A stretch of 64,000 nucleotides of DNA from Nitrospirota bacterium. Lineage in GTDB: Bacteria > Nitrospirota > UBA9217. Of this stretch, positions 10,832 through 20,361 are shown in pieces. Location: positions 96,001 through 160,000 of the forward strand of contig CAVVOB010000022.1 of the NCBI GenBank assembly GCA_963749655.1. Direction: 5' to 3'. Within the stretch, counting starts at the first letter, position 1, and the number at the start of each line of letters is the position of its first letter. The notes below the pieces were generated by a model. That model saw only the letters and a program-made list of their open reading frames with translations, had not been told where the DNA came from and did no database searches. A program made the translations under genes and the position numbers.

Positions 10832-12697
10832 TCATGATATTTCGGCAAGTCCGGCGAGCTGCTCGTCGAACTCCCGTGCTTTCGCGTCGTGTTCCGTCGT
10901 GACAGACTCCAGCTCGGCGAAGAGCTTCTCGATCTTTGTCTTGGCCTCGTTTATGCATTGGGACAACTGCCTGATGCTCAATGCCTTGCCCTTGACTGAA
11001 GCTTCGAGCATCTCCTGGGTATCGCGCTCTACTTCCTGTTCGAGCTTCGTGATCTCCTGTTCGATGACCGTGATCCGGTTTTTGAGCGAGCTTAAAACCT
11101 TTGACTTGTCCGAAATAATGGACGCGCGCTGCTTCTTCGCGTCCTTCCGGTTCCCATTCCTGGCCGCGTCCTGTTTTTTCCCCTTCTTTACGCGCACACC
11201 GCCTTCGTCGCTCCATCCGACCCGTTCGAGGAAGTCGAGGTAAGTTCCCTCGAAGACCGACACTTCGTCATTGTCGTAAATGATGAGTTTGGTCGCGATG
11301 GCCTCGAGAATGAGTTCACTGTGGGTCACGATGATGACCGCGCCGTCAAAAGCCTCGATCGCCTCGATGAGCGAATCAATAGACTCCATGTCGAGGTGGT
11401 TTGTGGGCTCGTCGAGCATCAGGAGATTCGCGGGCGAGACGAGCAGTTTGCCCAAAAGCACCCGGCTTTTTTCGCCGCCCGAGAGCACGCTCACTTTTTT
11501 GAGTGCGTTGTCTCCTTCGAACATCATAAGCCCGCAGATCGCGCGGGCCTCGCCCTGGCCGCAGTCAGGATGGGACTCCATGACCTCCTGGAGCGCCGTT
11601 TTTTCGGGGCGCAGGCGGTTGATGTTGGTCTGGCCGAAATAGGCTATCTTGGTGTTCGGGTGGTGTTTTATTTCACCGCCGAGGGGTGACATCTCCCTGG
11701 CCAGCAGGTTGAGGAGCGTCGTCTTTCCCTTGCCGTTCTTTCCGATCACGGCGACGCGGTCCTTCTTTCCGACGGCGAAGGAAAGCCCGTCGATCAGCTT
11801 CGGTCCGTCCTTGGAAAATCCGAAGGACAGGTCTTCGACGGTCATGAGCCACTTGGCTTCGAACGGGGCTGATCTGAATTTGAAGTCCAGAGTTCTGATC
11901 TCATCGAGCTTTTCGAGCTTCTCGTGCCTGGCCAGGGCCTTGACACGCGATTGGACCGCGCTGGCCTTGGTGGCCTGGGCGCGGAACCTGTTGATGAACT
12001 GCTCCACCTCTTTGCGTTTTTTCTCGTCGTTCTGGCGCGTCTTTTCGTAGATTTCCTCTTCCAGAAGGATCTGGTCGTAGAGCTTTTGGGTGCCGCCCTG
12101 CACCTTCCGCATCTTGCAGCGGTGGATGATCATGGTATGCGTGGAGACGCTGTCCATGAAGTCGCGGTCGTGGGTGATGATGATCATCTCGTTTCGCCAG
12201 GCGCGCAGGAACTGGGTGAGCCAGCGGACGGAAACGATATCGAGGTAGTTCGTGGGTTCGTCCAGGAGCAGGAGATTGGGCTCGGACGCGAGAACCTTGG
12301 CGAGGTTCAAGCGGACCTGGTAGCCGCCGGAGAGCGACGCCGGGTGCCGGTCGAAGTCGTCGTTCGTGAAGCCGAGGCCGTGCAGGATCGCCTCGGCCTT
12401 GTACGTTTCGTCGATATGGTCCTCGTTCGACGGAAGGGCCAGGCAGGCTTCGCCGAGAACGGTCTCTTCCGTGAAATGGATATGCTGGGACAGGTGGCCG
12501 ATAGAGTACCCGGACGGTACGGTGATCGTGCCGGAGTCCTGGTGTTCTTCCCCGAGGACCATTCGGAAGAGGGTGGATTTGCCGTGGCCGTTCCTGCCCA
12601 CGAGACCGACCCGCTCGCGTGGATTGACCGTGAAGCCGACGCCGTCGAACAGGACCTGTTTGCCGTAGGATTTTTCGAGATTCGTTACCTGGAGCAT
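10832..12697 (-). CDS. ABC-F family ATP-binding protein (YheS/YdiF-like) with C-terminal coiled coil
   Basis: Two ABC cassettes (GRNGHGKST, GKNGKGKTT, DEPTN twice), no TM segments. Confidence 0.9.
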   Translation of the reverse strand: MLQVTNLEKSYGKQVLFDGVGFTVNPRERVGLVGRNGHGKSTLFRMVLGEEHQDSGTITVPSGYSIGHLSQHIHFTEETVLGEACLALPSNEDHIDETYKAEAILHGLGFTNDDFDRHPASLSGGYQVRLNLAKVLASEPNLLLLDEPTNYLDIVSVRWLTQFLRAWRNEMIIITHDRDFMDSVSTHTMIIHRCKMRKVQGGTQKLYDQILLEEEIYEKTRQNDEKKRKEVEQFINRFRAQATKASAVQSRVKALARHEKLEKLDEIRTLDFKFRSAPFEAKWLMTVEDLSFGFSKDGPKLIDGLSFAVGKKDRVAVIGKNGKGKTTLLNLLAREMSPLGGEIKHHPNTKIAYFGQTNINRLRPEKTALQEVMESHPDCGQGEARAICGLMMFEGDNALKKVSVLSGGEKSRVLLGKLLVSPANLLMLDEPTNHLDMESIDSLIEAIEAFDGAVIIVTHSELILEAIATKLIIYDNDEVSVFEGTYLDFLERVGWSDEGGVRVKKGKKQDAARNGNRKDAKKQRASIISDKSKVLSSLKNRITVIEQEITKLEQEVERDTQEMLEASVKGKALSIRQLSQCINEAKTKIEKLFAELESVTTEHDAKAREFDEQLAGLAEIS

Positions 12698-13016
12698 GCG
12701 GTGACCTTTGCGGAATAAAGTTGCGAAAACACAGCCCCATATAATAACGCAGGAGAAGGACTATGGCAAATGATTTTTATTCGGATTTTTAGTACTTTTG
12801 ATCCGAAAAAAGGGACATGAATGCCTTTCAGAGGGGAGGATATGGCGACAAGTCCCTTCCCTGACCCTGTTTGCTTCCACTGCAGACTTCGTCAAGTGCC
12901 GGAAAAAATGAGTACTTAAGTATAAAGAAAGGCCCGCCAATATCGACATTGTCTCCAGCAATCACCGAAAGAGTGAAAACTTTCACGCTGCCGGCTCTGC
13001 ATGAAATCGGACTGTC

Positions 13017-13045
13017 TTGACAGTGAGCCAGCCCGTTGATATGTA
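13017..13045 (+). promoter_or_regulatory. Putative sigma70 promoter
   Basis: TTGACA followed by an AT-rich -10-like region (TATGTATAAAT). Confidence 0.4.
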
Positions 13046-13226
13046 TAAATCAGGGACGTCGACGCGCGGTATTGCTTTTTCGAACAATGGTCACTTGTGG
13101 AGCCGGTCGTCCGGCAGGCAGCCGGTATCGTGTTTGCAGAGGAGTTGCTGCAGGATGCTCGCATTAGCAGAGTCCCGCGTGCCGGCAGGGGTAGAGGATT
13201 TCACTCGCAGGGAGAAGGAGGCGGGT

Positions 13227-13433
13227 ATGCTCATTCGCGTAATATATCCTGACAACAGGTATGATTTCGTAAAAGACACTTTTCTCGACCAGTTGATCCG
13301 GAACAGATCGATCACGATGTTCCAGCGCAAGAGCGGATGGGTTCGGGTGGGTGTTGATCCCGTCCGGCTGAAGAGCAGGCGCGCCACGTTGCGGCCGGAG
13401 AAGGGGCGGAGCAGTCAGTCGCCGGGGCACTGA
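13227..13433 (+). CDS. Small GSU3473-family protein
   Basis: MLIRVIY.D..YDFVK...LD.LI....I..F.RKSGWV.VGVDPVR; strong AAGGAGG RBS. Confidence 0.75.
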   Translation: MLIRVIYPDNRYDFVKDTFLDQLIRNRSITMFQRKSGWVRVGVDPVRLKSRRATLRPEKGRSSQSPGH

Positions 13434-13482
13434 TCGTGAAGGCGGTGATTCGCTGAAAGCGGGGATGTCGACGGAAGGCTCC

Positions 13483-14448
13483 TCAGGCCTGCTCCAGAAA
13501 CTCGATGGCCCGTTTCTCCGACCAATAGCTGCCGTCGTGATTGAACTGCATAAACCCCACATGGCCTCCCCATTCCGGCATCTCGAGATGCACATATGCG
13601 CTGTCCGAGGCCTCCTGGACAGGATAGCATCGGCCGGTGAGGAAGGGGTCATCGAGGGCGTTTACGATAAGCGTAGGAACACGAATCGCGGGAATATATT
13701 GCCCGCTGCTGCACTTACACCAGTAGTCCTCGGCATCCCGGAAACCATGGAGGGGCGCGGTATACCGGTCGTCGAAATCCTTGAAATTTTTAATGCGTCC
13801 GTACCCTTCGTCGCTGATTAATCCCGGCATGACCTTCATTTTTGTTTTGATCTTCCCGTGGAGCGAAATGAGGAACTGCTGCATGTAGAGCCGGTTTCTC
13901 AGGCGGGACAGCTCATGGGCGCTTGCAGCGAGGTCGCAGGGGACCGAGAAAACGACTGCTTTCCCTATTCGCGGATCAAGGGCAGAGCTGTTCGCACCCA
14001 GGTAGACCAGGGACAGGTTCCCTCCAAGGCTGAATCCGATCAATGCCACCGTCCCGTAGGTCTGCTGCTGCAGCAGGTATCGGATGACGCAGTCCAGATC
14101 ATCGATGGCCCCATTATGGTACATGCGAAGCTTTCGATTCGTTTCCCCGGAGCATCCGCGGTAATTCCAGGCCAGCGCGTCCCAGCCGTGGAGGTTCAGC
14201 ATGCGCGCCATTCCCTTCACGTAGGGACGGCTGGAGTTGCCTTCCAGTCCGTGGGACAGGACAGCGATTCTCCTGCTGCCCGTCCGCGCCCAATCCAGGT
14301 CAAGAAAGTCGCCGTCGGGTGTGTCGATGCGTTCCCGGGTGTAGCGGCATCCGTCGATCGTGCGGAGCAGCGAAGGGACGATGGTCTGGGCATGACCGTT
14401 CCTGCAGAGGAACGGCGCGCGATATCGGGATGCAGGGACAAGGGGCAT
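13483..14448 (-). CDS. YheT-family alpha/beta hydrolase
   Basis: NGHAQT, DGDFLDLDW, HGLEG, GFSLGG nucleophile, NALDDPF, GGHVGF. Confidence 0.9.
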   Translation of the reverse strand: MPLVPASRYRAPFLCRNGHAQTIVPSLLRTIDGCRYTRERIDTPDGDFLDLDWARTGSRRIAVLSHGLEGNSSRPYVKGMARMLNLHGWDALAWNYRGCSGETNRKLRMYHNGAIDDLDCVIRYLLQQQTYGTVALIGFSLGGNLSLVYLGANSSALDPRIGKAVVFSVPCDLAASAHELSRLRNRLYMQQFLISLHGKIKTKMKVMPGLISDEGYGRIKNFKDFDDRYTAPLHGFRDAEDYWCKCSSGQYIPAIRVPTLIVNALDDPFLTGRCYPVQEASDSAYVHLEMPEWGGHVGFMQFNHDGSYWSEKRAIEFLEQA

Positions 14449-14473
14449 GGGGGCCGTCTCCTCCGGCTTTCAT

Positions 14474-14833
14474 CTACAGAACTTCCTCATCTTCCTTGCG
14501 CCAGGCCGGATCAACAATGCAGATGAATTTAAGGTCATCCTTTCCGGAGTTCGTGATGCACTGTTTTGCCCGGGGAGGTATGTACACGGTCGATCCCGGC
14601 CGGACCGGCGCCGATTCTCCGTTGATGTGCATGATGCCTTCCCCTTCTATTATATAGTATACTTCGGAGGTTTTGAGCCGGTGCTCCCAGGTCGTGTCAC
14701 CGGGCCTGACCACCGCGTGGGCCAGGCTGTAGCGGAGGTTGAGGTCTTCCTTGTCAGGGTGCAGGATCTCGCGGAGCAGGCAATTGTCGCCGGCCACGAT
14801 CTCCTCGCAGTCATTTAATTCCCGTATAAACAT
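14474..14833 (-). CDS. Cupin domain protein
   Basis: YSLAHA...H.L...EVYYIIEGEG...YIPP. Confidence 0.85.
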   Translation of the reverse strand: MFIRELNDCEEIVAGDNCLLREILHPDKEDLNLRYSLAHAVVRPGDTTWEHRLKTSEVYYIIEGEGIMHINGESAPVRPGSTVYIPPRAKQCITNSGKDDLKFICIVDPAWRKEDEEVL

Positions 14834-14908
14834 GGCGTATGTCCTTATCGTCCGCACTCGGTTTCGCGGGCCGGCAGGTGAAGAGCAGCGGCGGAGTCGG
14901 TCTATGCT

Positions 14909-14942
14909 AAAAAAAGCGCCCCGGTGAACTTAACGGGGCGCT
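14909..14942 (-). terminator. Intrinsic terminator of the DUF3617-like gene
   Basis: Minus strand AGCGCCCCG-loop-CGGGGCGCT followed by a T run. Confidence 0.7.
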
Positions 14943-14968
14943 CCGTGGACTATCCGGCCCGAGGGCGG

Positions 14969-15397
14969 CTATTTGCAGTCGCCGATCCTCCTGCCGCTGA
15001 TGTGCTGCACTATCGTTGACTTTCCCTGCTTCTTGTCCGCGGTTTCCATCTTCATGACGCCGCTGTATGCATTGTGCTGGTAGACCATTTCGCCGGATCC
15101 CCTGCTGCCGTCCTTGCACTGCATGGTCCAGTCTGCCTTGTTGCCCTGGATCTTCATGTCCTTAACTTCGCAATCGTTTTTCTTGTCCGGCGGGGGATCG
15201 TCTTTTTTGGGATCCTTCACATCATCTTTGGTGATGCACTGGGTGATTGTCGTAGGCGGCATGGAGAACGGCAAGCCCGGCATTTCCATTTTTACGGAAA
15301 TTTCCCATTTGCCGTCCTGCATCAGGGGCGGAGCGGCGAAAAGCGGTGATGCGGTCAACAAAAAACCTGCGGCAAGAACAAAAACAACGGTCTTCAT
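14969..15397 (-). CDS. Secreted DUF3617-family protein
   Basis: Signal peptide, GKWEI..KMEMPG, four Cys, C-terminal GRRIGDCK. Confidence 0.75.
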   Translation of the reverse strand: MKTVVFVLAAGFLLTASPLFAAPPLMQDGKWEISVKMEMPGLPFSMPPTTITQCITKDDVKDPKKDDPPPDKKNDCEVKDMKIQGNKADWTMQCKDGSRGSGEMVYQHNAYSGVMKMETADKKQGKSTIVQHISGRRIGDCK

Positions 15398-15495
15398 CGT
15401 GTGGCCTCCTGTCACATGGAATGGGGTGATGATAACCGAAGCCCGCCGCCCTGTCAACCGTGATTGCGATGCATCCGGCCGCGCTGCTGACTGCC

Positions 15496-15524
15496 TTGAC
15501 AATCCCCGGTGCGGAGTATATGAT
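15496..15524 (+). promoter_or_regulatory. sigma70 promoter
   Basis: TTGACA-N17-TATGAT, 30 nt upstream of ATG 15555 with AGGAG RBS. Confidence 0.65.
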
Positions 15525-15554
15525 GAAAAAATCTGATGCGAACAGGAGCAGCTG

Positions 15555-16253
15555 ATGGCGGAACCGGTCAGAATTCTCTACGATTTCAAAATGAGCAATG
15601 GAGCGGAGAAGGCATTCGATCTTCTACTCGAGAAGGACAACCTTGCCCTGGTCCGGGGCCGGACAGATGCTCCGCCGGATTGGGCACGCCTGGAATTCCA
15701 TCAGTGCGCAAACTGCCCGTTGAATACGACCCTCATCCCCTACTGCCCGATTGCCGTGAATCTTGCCGGGATCACCCAGGAATTCAGGGAGGTCGCCGCT
15801 GCAGACAAGGCGGTCGTCACCGTTACGGTGAAGGAGCGGGCTTATGTTAAAGAGACGTCGATCCAGGAAGGGCTGAGCCCCCTGCTCGGCATCATTATGA
15901 CCACGAGCGGTTGTCCGGTCATGGAGCCGCTCAAGCCGATGGTCAAATTTCATCTTCCCTTTGCCAGCCTGGAAGAGACGGTATTCAGGACGATCTCCCT
16001 GTTTCTCGTGGCCCAATTCATCCGCGCCCAGGCCGGGAAAAAGCCCGAATGGCAGCTTGAGGGGCTTGCCAGGATATATAACGAGGTAAAAAAGCTGAAC
16101 CGGGATTTCGGGCAGAGGATGATCACCGCCGCGCACAGCGATGCCAACGTCCGTGCCCTGGTCAAGCTGAATGTCTTTGCCGTAATGGTCCCCATGGAGG
16201 CCGAGAAACTGCTCAAGGAAATCACTCCCTATTTTTCCTCCTATCTCAAGTAG
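15555..16253 (+). CDS. Conserved hypothetical protein (DUF6901-like), Cys-containing
   Basis: W..LEFHQCANCPL...CP, TSGCP, FHLPFA motifs. Confidence 0.6.
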   Translation: MAEPVRILYDFKMSNGAEKAFDLLLEKDNLALVRGRTDAPPDWARLEFHQCANCPLNTTLIPYCPIAVNLAGITQEFREVAAADKAVVTVTVKERAYVKETSIQEGLSPLLGIIMTTSGCPVMEPLKPMVKFHLPFASLEETVFRTISLFLVAQFIRAQAGKKPEWQLEGLARIYNEVKKLNRDFGQRMITAAHSDANVRALVKLNVFAVMVPMEAEKLLKEITPYFSSYLK

Positions 16254-16562
16254 CCTGCGTATCCACCCGACCGGCTATCCGGGGCCCCGCGCCGTACTGA
16301 TCCTCCCGTGCCGTTTCCTGTTCACCATTGGCCGCGTTGTCGGTTTTCTGCAAAATGCTTCCGATCTTGCGTTGATATCGGCCGGGACCTGCGTGACCTG
16401 CGGCTGCCGGCCGACGAGCGCGGAATCGGGCATCGTACACCCGGTCGGACCGCAGACGCTGCGGCGCGGACGTCCGGAAACCTATTGCATGCTTGACTTT
16501 AGTGCAGGCGGGATGCTATTATCCAGCCTGTTTTCGCACAAATGAAAAAGGAGTATTGACCG

Positions 16563-18335
16563 GTGAACGCACAGAAAAAGACGCATACCTGCGGTGAATT
16601 AACGAAAAAAGACGTGGGCGCGACCGTAACGCTCATGGGATGGATCAATACGAGGCGCGACCACGGCGGCCTCATCTTCGTGGATCTGCGGGACCGGAGC
16701 GGAATCACCCAGGTTGTCTTCAATCCCGGAAAGGCGGCTGAAGCGCACGCGGCCGCCCACGACATCCGGAGTGAGTATGTGCTGGCCGTAACGGGGGAGG
16801 TGTCGCTCAGGCCGGACAAAACCGAGAATTCCAATCTTCCCACCGGCGAGATCGAGGTGCTGGTGTCGGATCTCACGATCCTGAACGCGTCCAAGCCCCT
16901 GCCGTTCATGATCGAGGATGAAACCGACGTGGCAGAGAGCCTTCGCCTCAAGTATCGTTACCTCGACCTGCGGCGGCCGGCTCTCCAGCGGACGCTCATT
17001 ACGCGCCATCAAATAACCCGGACCGTGCGCCGCTTTCTGGACAGCAGCGGATTCATCGACATAGAGACGCCGTTCCTGACCAAGAGCACGCCTGAAGGAG
17101 CCCGGGATTATCTCGTTCCGAGCAGGGTGAATCCGGGCATGTTCTTCGCGCTCCCCCAGTCGCCGCAGCTTTTCAAGCAGATCCTGATGGTGGCCGGATT
17201 CGAGCGCTATTATCAGATCGTGAAGTGTTTCCGCGACGAGGACCTCAGGGCCGACCGGCAGCCCGAATTCACTCAGATAGATCTCGAGATGTCCTTCATC
17301 GACGAGGACGACATCATTGCGCTCATGGAGCGGCTCATTGCCGAGGTCGTCCGCGAGGTCAAGGGCATCGATGTTCCCGTCCCGTTCCCGCGCCTCCCGT
17401 ACCGGGAGGCCATGGACCGCTACGGCTCGGATAAGCCGGACACACGCTTCGGCCTCGAGCTCAGGGACATTTCGGAAATCGCCAAGGCGTCGGACTTCAA
17501 GGTGTTCCTCCAGGCCGTGGAGCTCGGCGGACAGGTCCGGGGTTTTGCAGCGCCGGGCATGGCGGGCCTGTCCCGCAAAGAGGTGGACGACCTTACGAAC
17601 GAAGCGAAGATCTTCGGCGCAAAAGGACTGGCGTGGATCAAGGTCACCGACGGGGGCTTTGAATCGCCGATCGCGAAGTTTTTCAAGGACGGCCAGGTCC
17701 GGGAAATAGCCGCGCGGCTCGGGGCAAAGCCCGGCGACCTCATGCTGTTTATCGCCGACAGCCCAAAAGTCGTGTTCGAGACATTGGGATACCTGCGGCT
17801 GCTCCTGGGGAAAAGGCTGAAACTCATCGACGAGAACAGACTGAACTTCCTGTGGGTCACCGATTTTCCGCTGGTGGAGTGGAACGCCGATGAAAAGCGG
17901 TACGATGCCATGCATCATCCCTTCACTGCGCCGAAGGACGAGGACCTGGAGTTTATGAAGTCCGATCCCCTGAAGGTAAGGGCCAGGGCATACGATATCG
18001 TGCTGAACGGATCCGAGATCGGCGGGGGAAGCATCCGCATCCACCGCTCGGAAGTGCAGTCCCGGATGTTCGGCCTGCTGAACATTGCGGAAGAGGATGC
18101 GCGGAAGAAATTCGGGTTCCTGCTCGAGGCGCTTGAATACGGCGCGCCCCCTCACGGCGGTCTCGCCTTTGGTCTGGACCGGCTCACGGCTATCCTCACC
18201 GGCGCCACGTCCATCCGTGACGTGATCGCGTTCCCCAAAACGCAGAAGGCAATCTGCGTCATGACCGAAGCCCCGTCACGGGTGTCCCCGGCCCAGCTTC
18301 GCGAACTCTCGATAAAGCTGGATGTGGTAGAATAA
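16563..18335 (+). CDS. aspS: Aspartyl-tRNA synthetase
   Basis: [51 protein letters not shown]. Confidence 0.97.
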   Translation: MNAQKKTHTCGELTKKDVGATVTLMGWINTRRDHGGLIFVDLRDRSGITQVVFNPGKAAEAHAAAHDIRSEYVLAVTGEVSLRPDKTENSNLPTGEIEVLVSDLTILNASKPLPFMIEDETDVAESLRLKYRYLDLRRPALQRTLITRHQITRTVRRFLDSSGFIDIETPFLTKSTPEGARDYLVPSRVNPGMFFALPQSPQLFKQILMVAGFERYYQIVKCFRDEDLRADRQPEFTQIDLEMSFIDEDDIIALMERLIAEVVREVKGIDVPVPFPRLPYREAMDRYGSDKPDTRFGLELRDISEIAKASDFKVFLQAVELGGQVRGFAAPGMAGLSRKEVDDLTNEAKIFGAKGLAWIKVTDGGFESPIAKFFKDGQVREIAARLGAKPGDLMLFIADSPKVVFETLGYLRLLLGKRLKLIDENRLNFLWVTDFPLVEWNADEKRYDAMHHPFTAPKDEDLEFMKSDPLKVRARAYDIVLNGSEIGGGSIRIHRSEVQSRMFGLLNIAEEDARKKFGFLLEALEYGAPPHGGLAFGLDRLTAILTGATSIRDVIAFPKTQKAICVMTEAPSRVSPAQLRELSIKLDVVE

Positions 18336-18339
18336 GAGC

Positions 18340-18371
18340 AATGCGGATTGCGGACTTCGAAATGCGGAATG
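18340..18371. repeat. Heptamer (TGCGGAW-like) tandem repeat
   Basis: aatgcggattgcggacttcgaaatgcggaatg. Confidence 0.6.
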
Positions 18372-18447
18372 AACGGCAACCCCATTCCGGAACTTCAGCG
18401 TCATTTCGCGCATCCCTGCTATCCCCGGAAGCGACGAGGTTTGTGTC

Positions 18448-18615
18448 ATGAAGTGCAAGGTTTGCGGCAAGGAAATCGAACTCCGGATCGGCTGACGTAA
18501 TGTGACATTTCGCTGCACGGCGTGCGGCAAGGAATATCCCATCCAGGCGTACATCAATGAAATAGACGAAGAGATGTGGGAAAAAATATCCCGCCGTCCC
18601 TGCAACCGGGCCTGA
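18448..18615 (+). CDS. Small dual-CXXC selenoprotein (55 aa, in-frame UGA at 18493-18495)
   Basis: Manual translation MKCKVCGKEIELRIG-U-RNVTFRCTACGKEYPIQAYINEIDEEMWEKISRRPCNRA; GAGGT RBS; SECIS-like hairpin follows the UGA. Confidence 0.8.
18507..18535 (+). promoter_or_regulatory. Bacterial SECIS element candidate
   Basis: AUUUC/GGAAU lower stem, AA bulge, GCUGCAC/GUGCGGC upper stem, G-led apical loop, starting 11 nt after the UGA. Confidence 0.7.
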
Positions 18616-18909
18616 TCCGACAGGCTTCCTGCAGGCCGCTGCTTGGTGCAGCACCTGCGTTCGCGCAGAATGTGCTGCAGTCTCCTCAGATGATTCTCTG
18701 TAAAGTATCACACCGGGTCGCTTCCCCGGACAACAATCGCGTTGAAACTCATTATTTCTTCACCGATCGAACAGATCCAAAACATCGGACCTGTCGGTTC
18801 ATGCGCCCTGCCTGATGAATCCCTCCAGCCGCAGATCTGCGGACAGGAGTGCAGCGATGTGCTATTATTGCCAAAAGAACGGGGAATCCCCTGACGGAGG
18901 TGCACGGTT

Positions 18910-19710
18910 ATGAAGCGATGGACAGCAGCGGCATTCGCGGTCTTTTTTGCCTCGGGTTGCGCAGGCACGGTCGAGAAGCACTTCAAGGTTTTTACTGAGC
19001 CGGCTGACGCTGAAATCCGGGTTCTCTCAGGCACCGAGCTCAAGGAAATAAAATACCGTTCTCCCGCCACTATCATTGCCAAAGCTCCAACCGACCCCGA
19101 TCTGGCGAAGAAAGCCGTCCTTACCGTGCAGCGGGACAGCTATAAGTCCTTTACCATGCCGCTCATCAGCATCAAAGACGGTCAGACGCTCAGTATTAAG
19201 CTGGAGAAGCTCGTCCAGGTCCGGTACCGCCTTATGATTCAGCTGGTAAAGCCCGAAGCTTCCGATACGCTTCAGTTCCGGGATAAAACCTGTGCTTTTT
19301 CATTTGCCGTGGCCGACCAGGTGTTCCAGATGCAGTTCGAAAACCTGTCGCCTTTCAGTGCAAAGATACTGTGGGACCGCACGGAATATACCGATGTCTA
19401 CGGTCGTTCACATCGACTCATGCATTCCCGGATCCGCTACCCGGAAAGGAACAACCCTATCCCGGACCAGACGGTGCCGTCTCGTGCGACAGTGCAGGAA
19501 AGCGTGATCCCGATCAGCAGTGTGGTCGTTTCCCAGAAGAACAAGGGGTATGACCTGAAGCCGCTGTTTACGCTCGACAGTGAGGCGGCAGCGGGACTCA
19601 AAGGACATGTATTCAATCTCTTCATCCCGGTAGAAATAGACCGGCAGATCGTTCCGTACAATTTCAGGTTTCAAATAACAGAAACCATCAAAGAATCCGC
19701 GGGGAAATGA
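18910..19710 (+). CDS. Hypothetical lipoprotein
   Basis: Lipobox FASGC, GGAGG RBS, PEGA-like N-terminal segment. Confidence 0.65.
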   Translation: MKRWTAAAFAVFFASGCAGTVEKHFKVFTEPADAEIRVLSGTELKEIKYRSPATIIAKAPTDPDLAKKAVLTVQRDSYKSFTMPLISIKDGQTLSIKLEKLVQVRYRLMIQLVKPEASDTLQFRDKTCAFSFAVADQVFQMQFENLSPFSAKILWDRTEYTDVYGRSHRLMHSRIRYPERNNPIPDQTVPSRATVQESVIPISSVVVSQKNKGYDLKPLFTLDSEAAAGLKGHVFNLFIPVEIDRQIVPYNFRFQITETIKESAGK

Positions 19711-19770
19711 CAGCCCTCCGGTATGACCTACATCATAGCCTTTTTCGCCTGTCGGGAGTAGAATGGATTC

Positions 19771-20013
19771 ATGTTTAAAGAAGGCTGCCCCGGAAGCGCT
19801 GAAATACGATCGCCGAAACCGGAAGACATCCGGTGCCAGAAGTGCGGCGAGAAGATCGAGATCTGGAGCGATGAGCCCGAGACCCAGTGCAGAAAATGCG
19901 GGCACATGAACTCCCGGCCCATCGGCACTTCGTGCATCGAATGGTGCGCCTATGCCAAGGAATGTGTGGGCGCCGAGAAGCTCGAAAAGCTCCTGAAATC
20001 GTCAAAGGGCTGA
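19771..20013 (+). CDS. Small Cys-rich metal-binding protein (80 aa)
   Basis: CPG, CxxC, EIWSDE, CxxC, CxxWCxxAxEC. Confidence 0.7.
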   Translation: MFKEGCPGSAEIRSPKPEDIRCQKCGEKIEIWSDEPETQCRKCGHMNSRPIGTSCIEWCAYAKECVGAEKLEKLLKSSKG

Positions 20014-20361
20014 GGTCCTGCCGAGGTCTGCGATCATTGCGGTCCCTCCGGCTGTGCCTGCGCCTTACCGCCTTGTCTCCCTTGTCAATTGTGCACAAGC
20101 GGGGTTCCCGGGAAGTCCTGCTTCTTAAGCCCTTCTCCGTTATTCTGTCCCTCCTCTGTTTTTCTCCATACCTCCTTGTCCCTGCCGGAAGCGACCCCGG
20201 CGCGGCGTCCGAGAACATGTCGCTGTCAGCCAAGGGCCGCGAGCTATGCGCTTTAATATGGCTTTTTGCGGGGAAATTATGTAACATTGTGGCAGGTTTA
20301 TCAAGGAGTACCTGAATATCCGTCTGCACTACGCGCGAATGCCCTGTGATCCCCTGAACGC

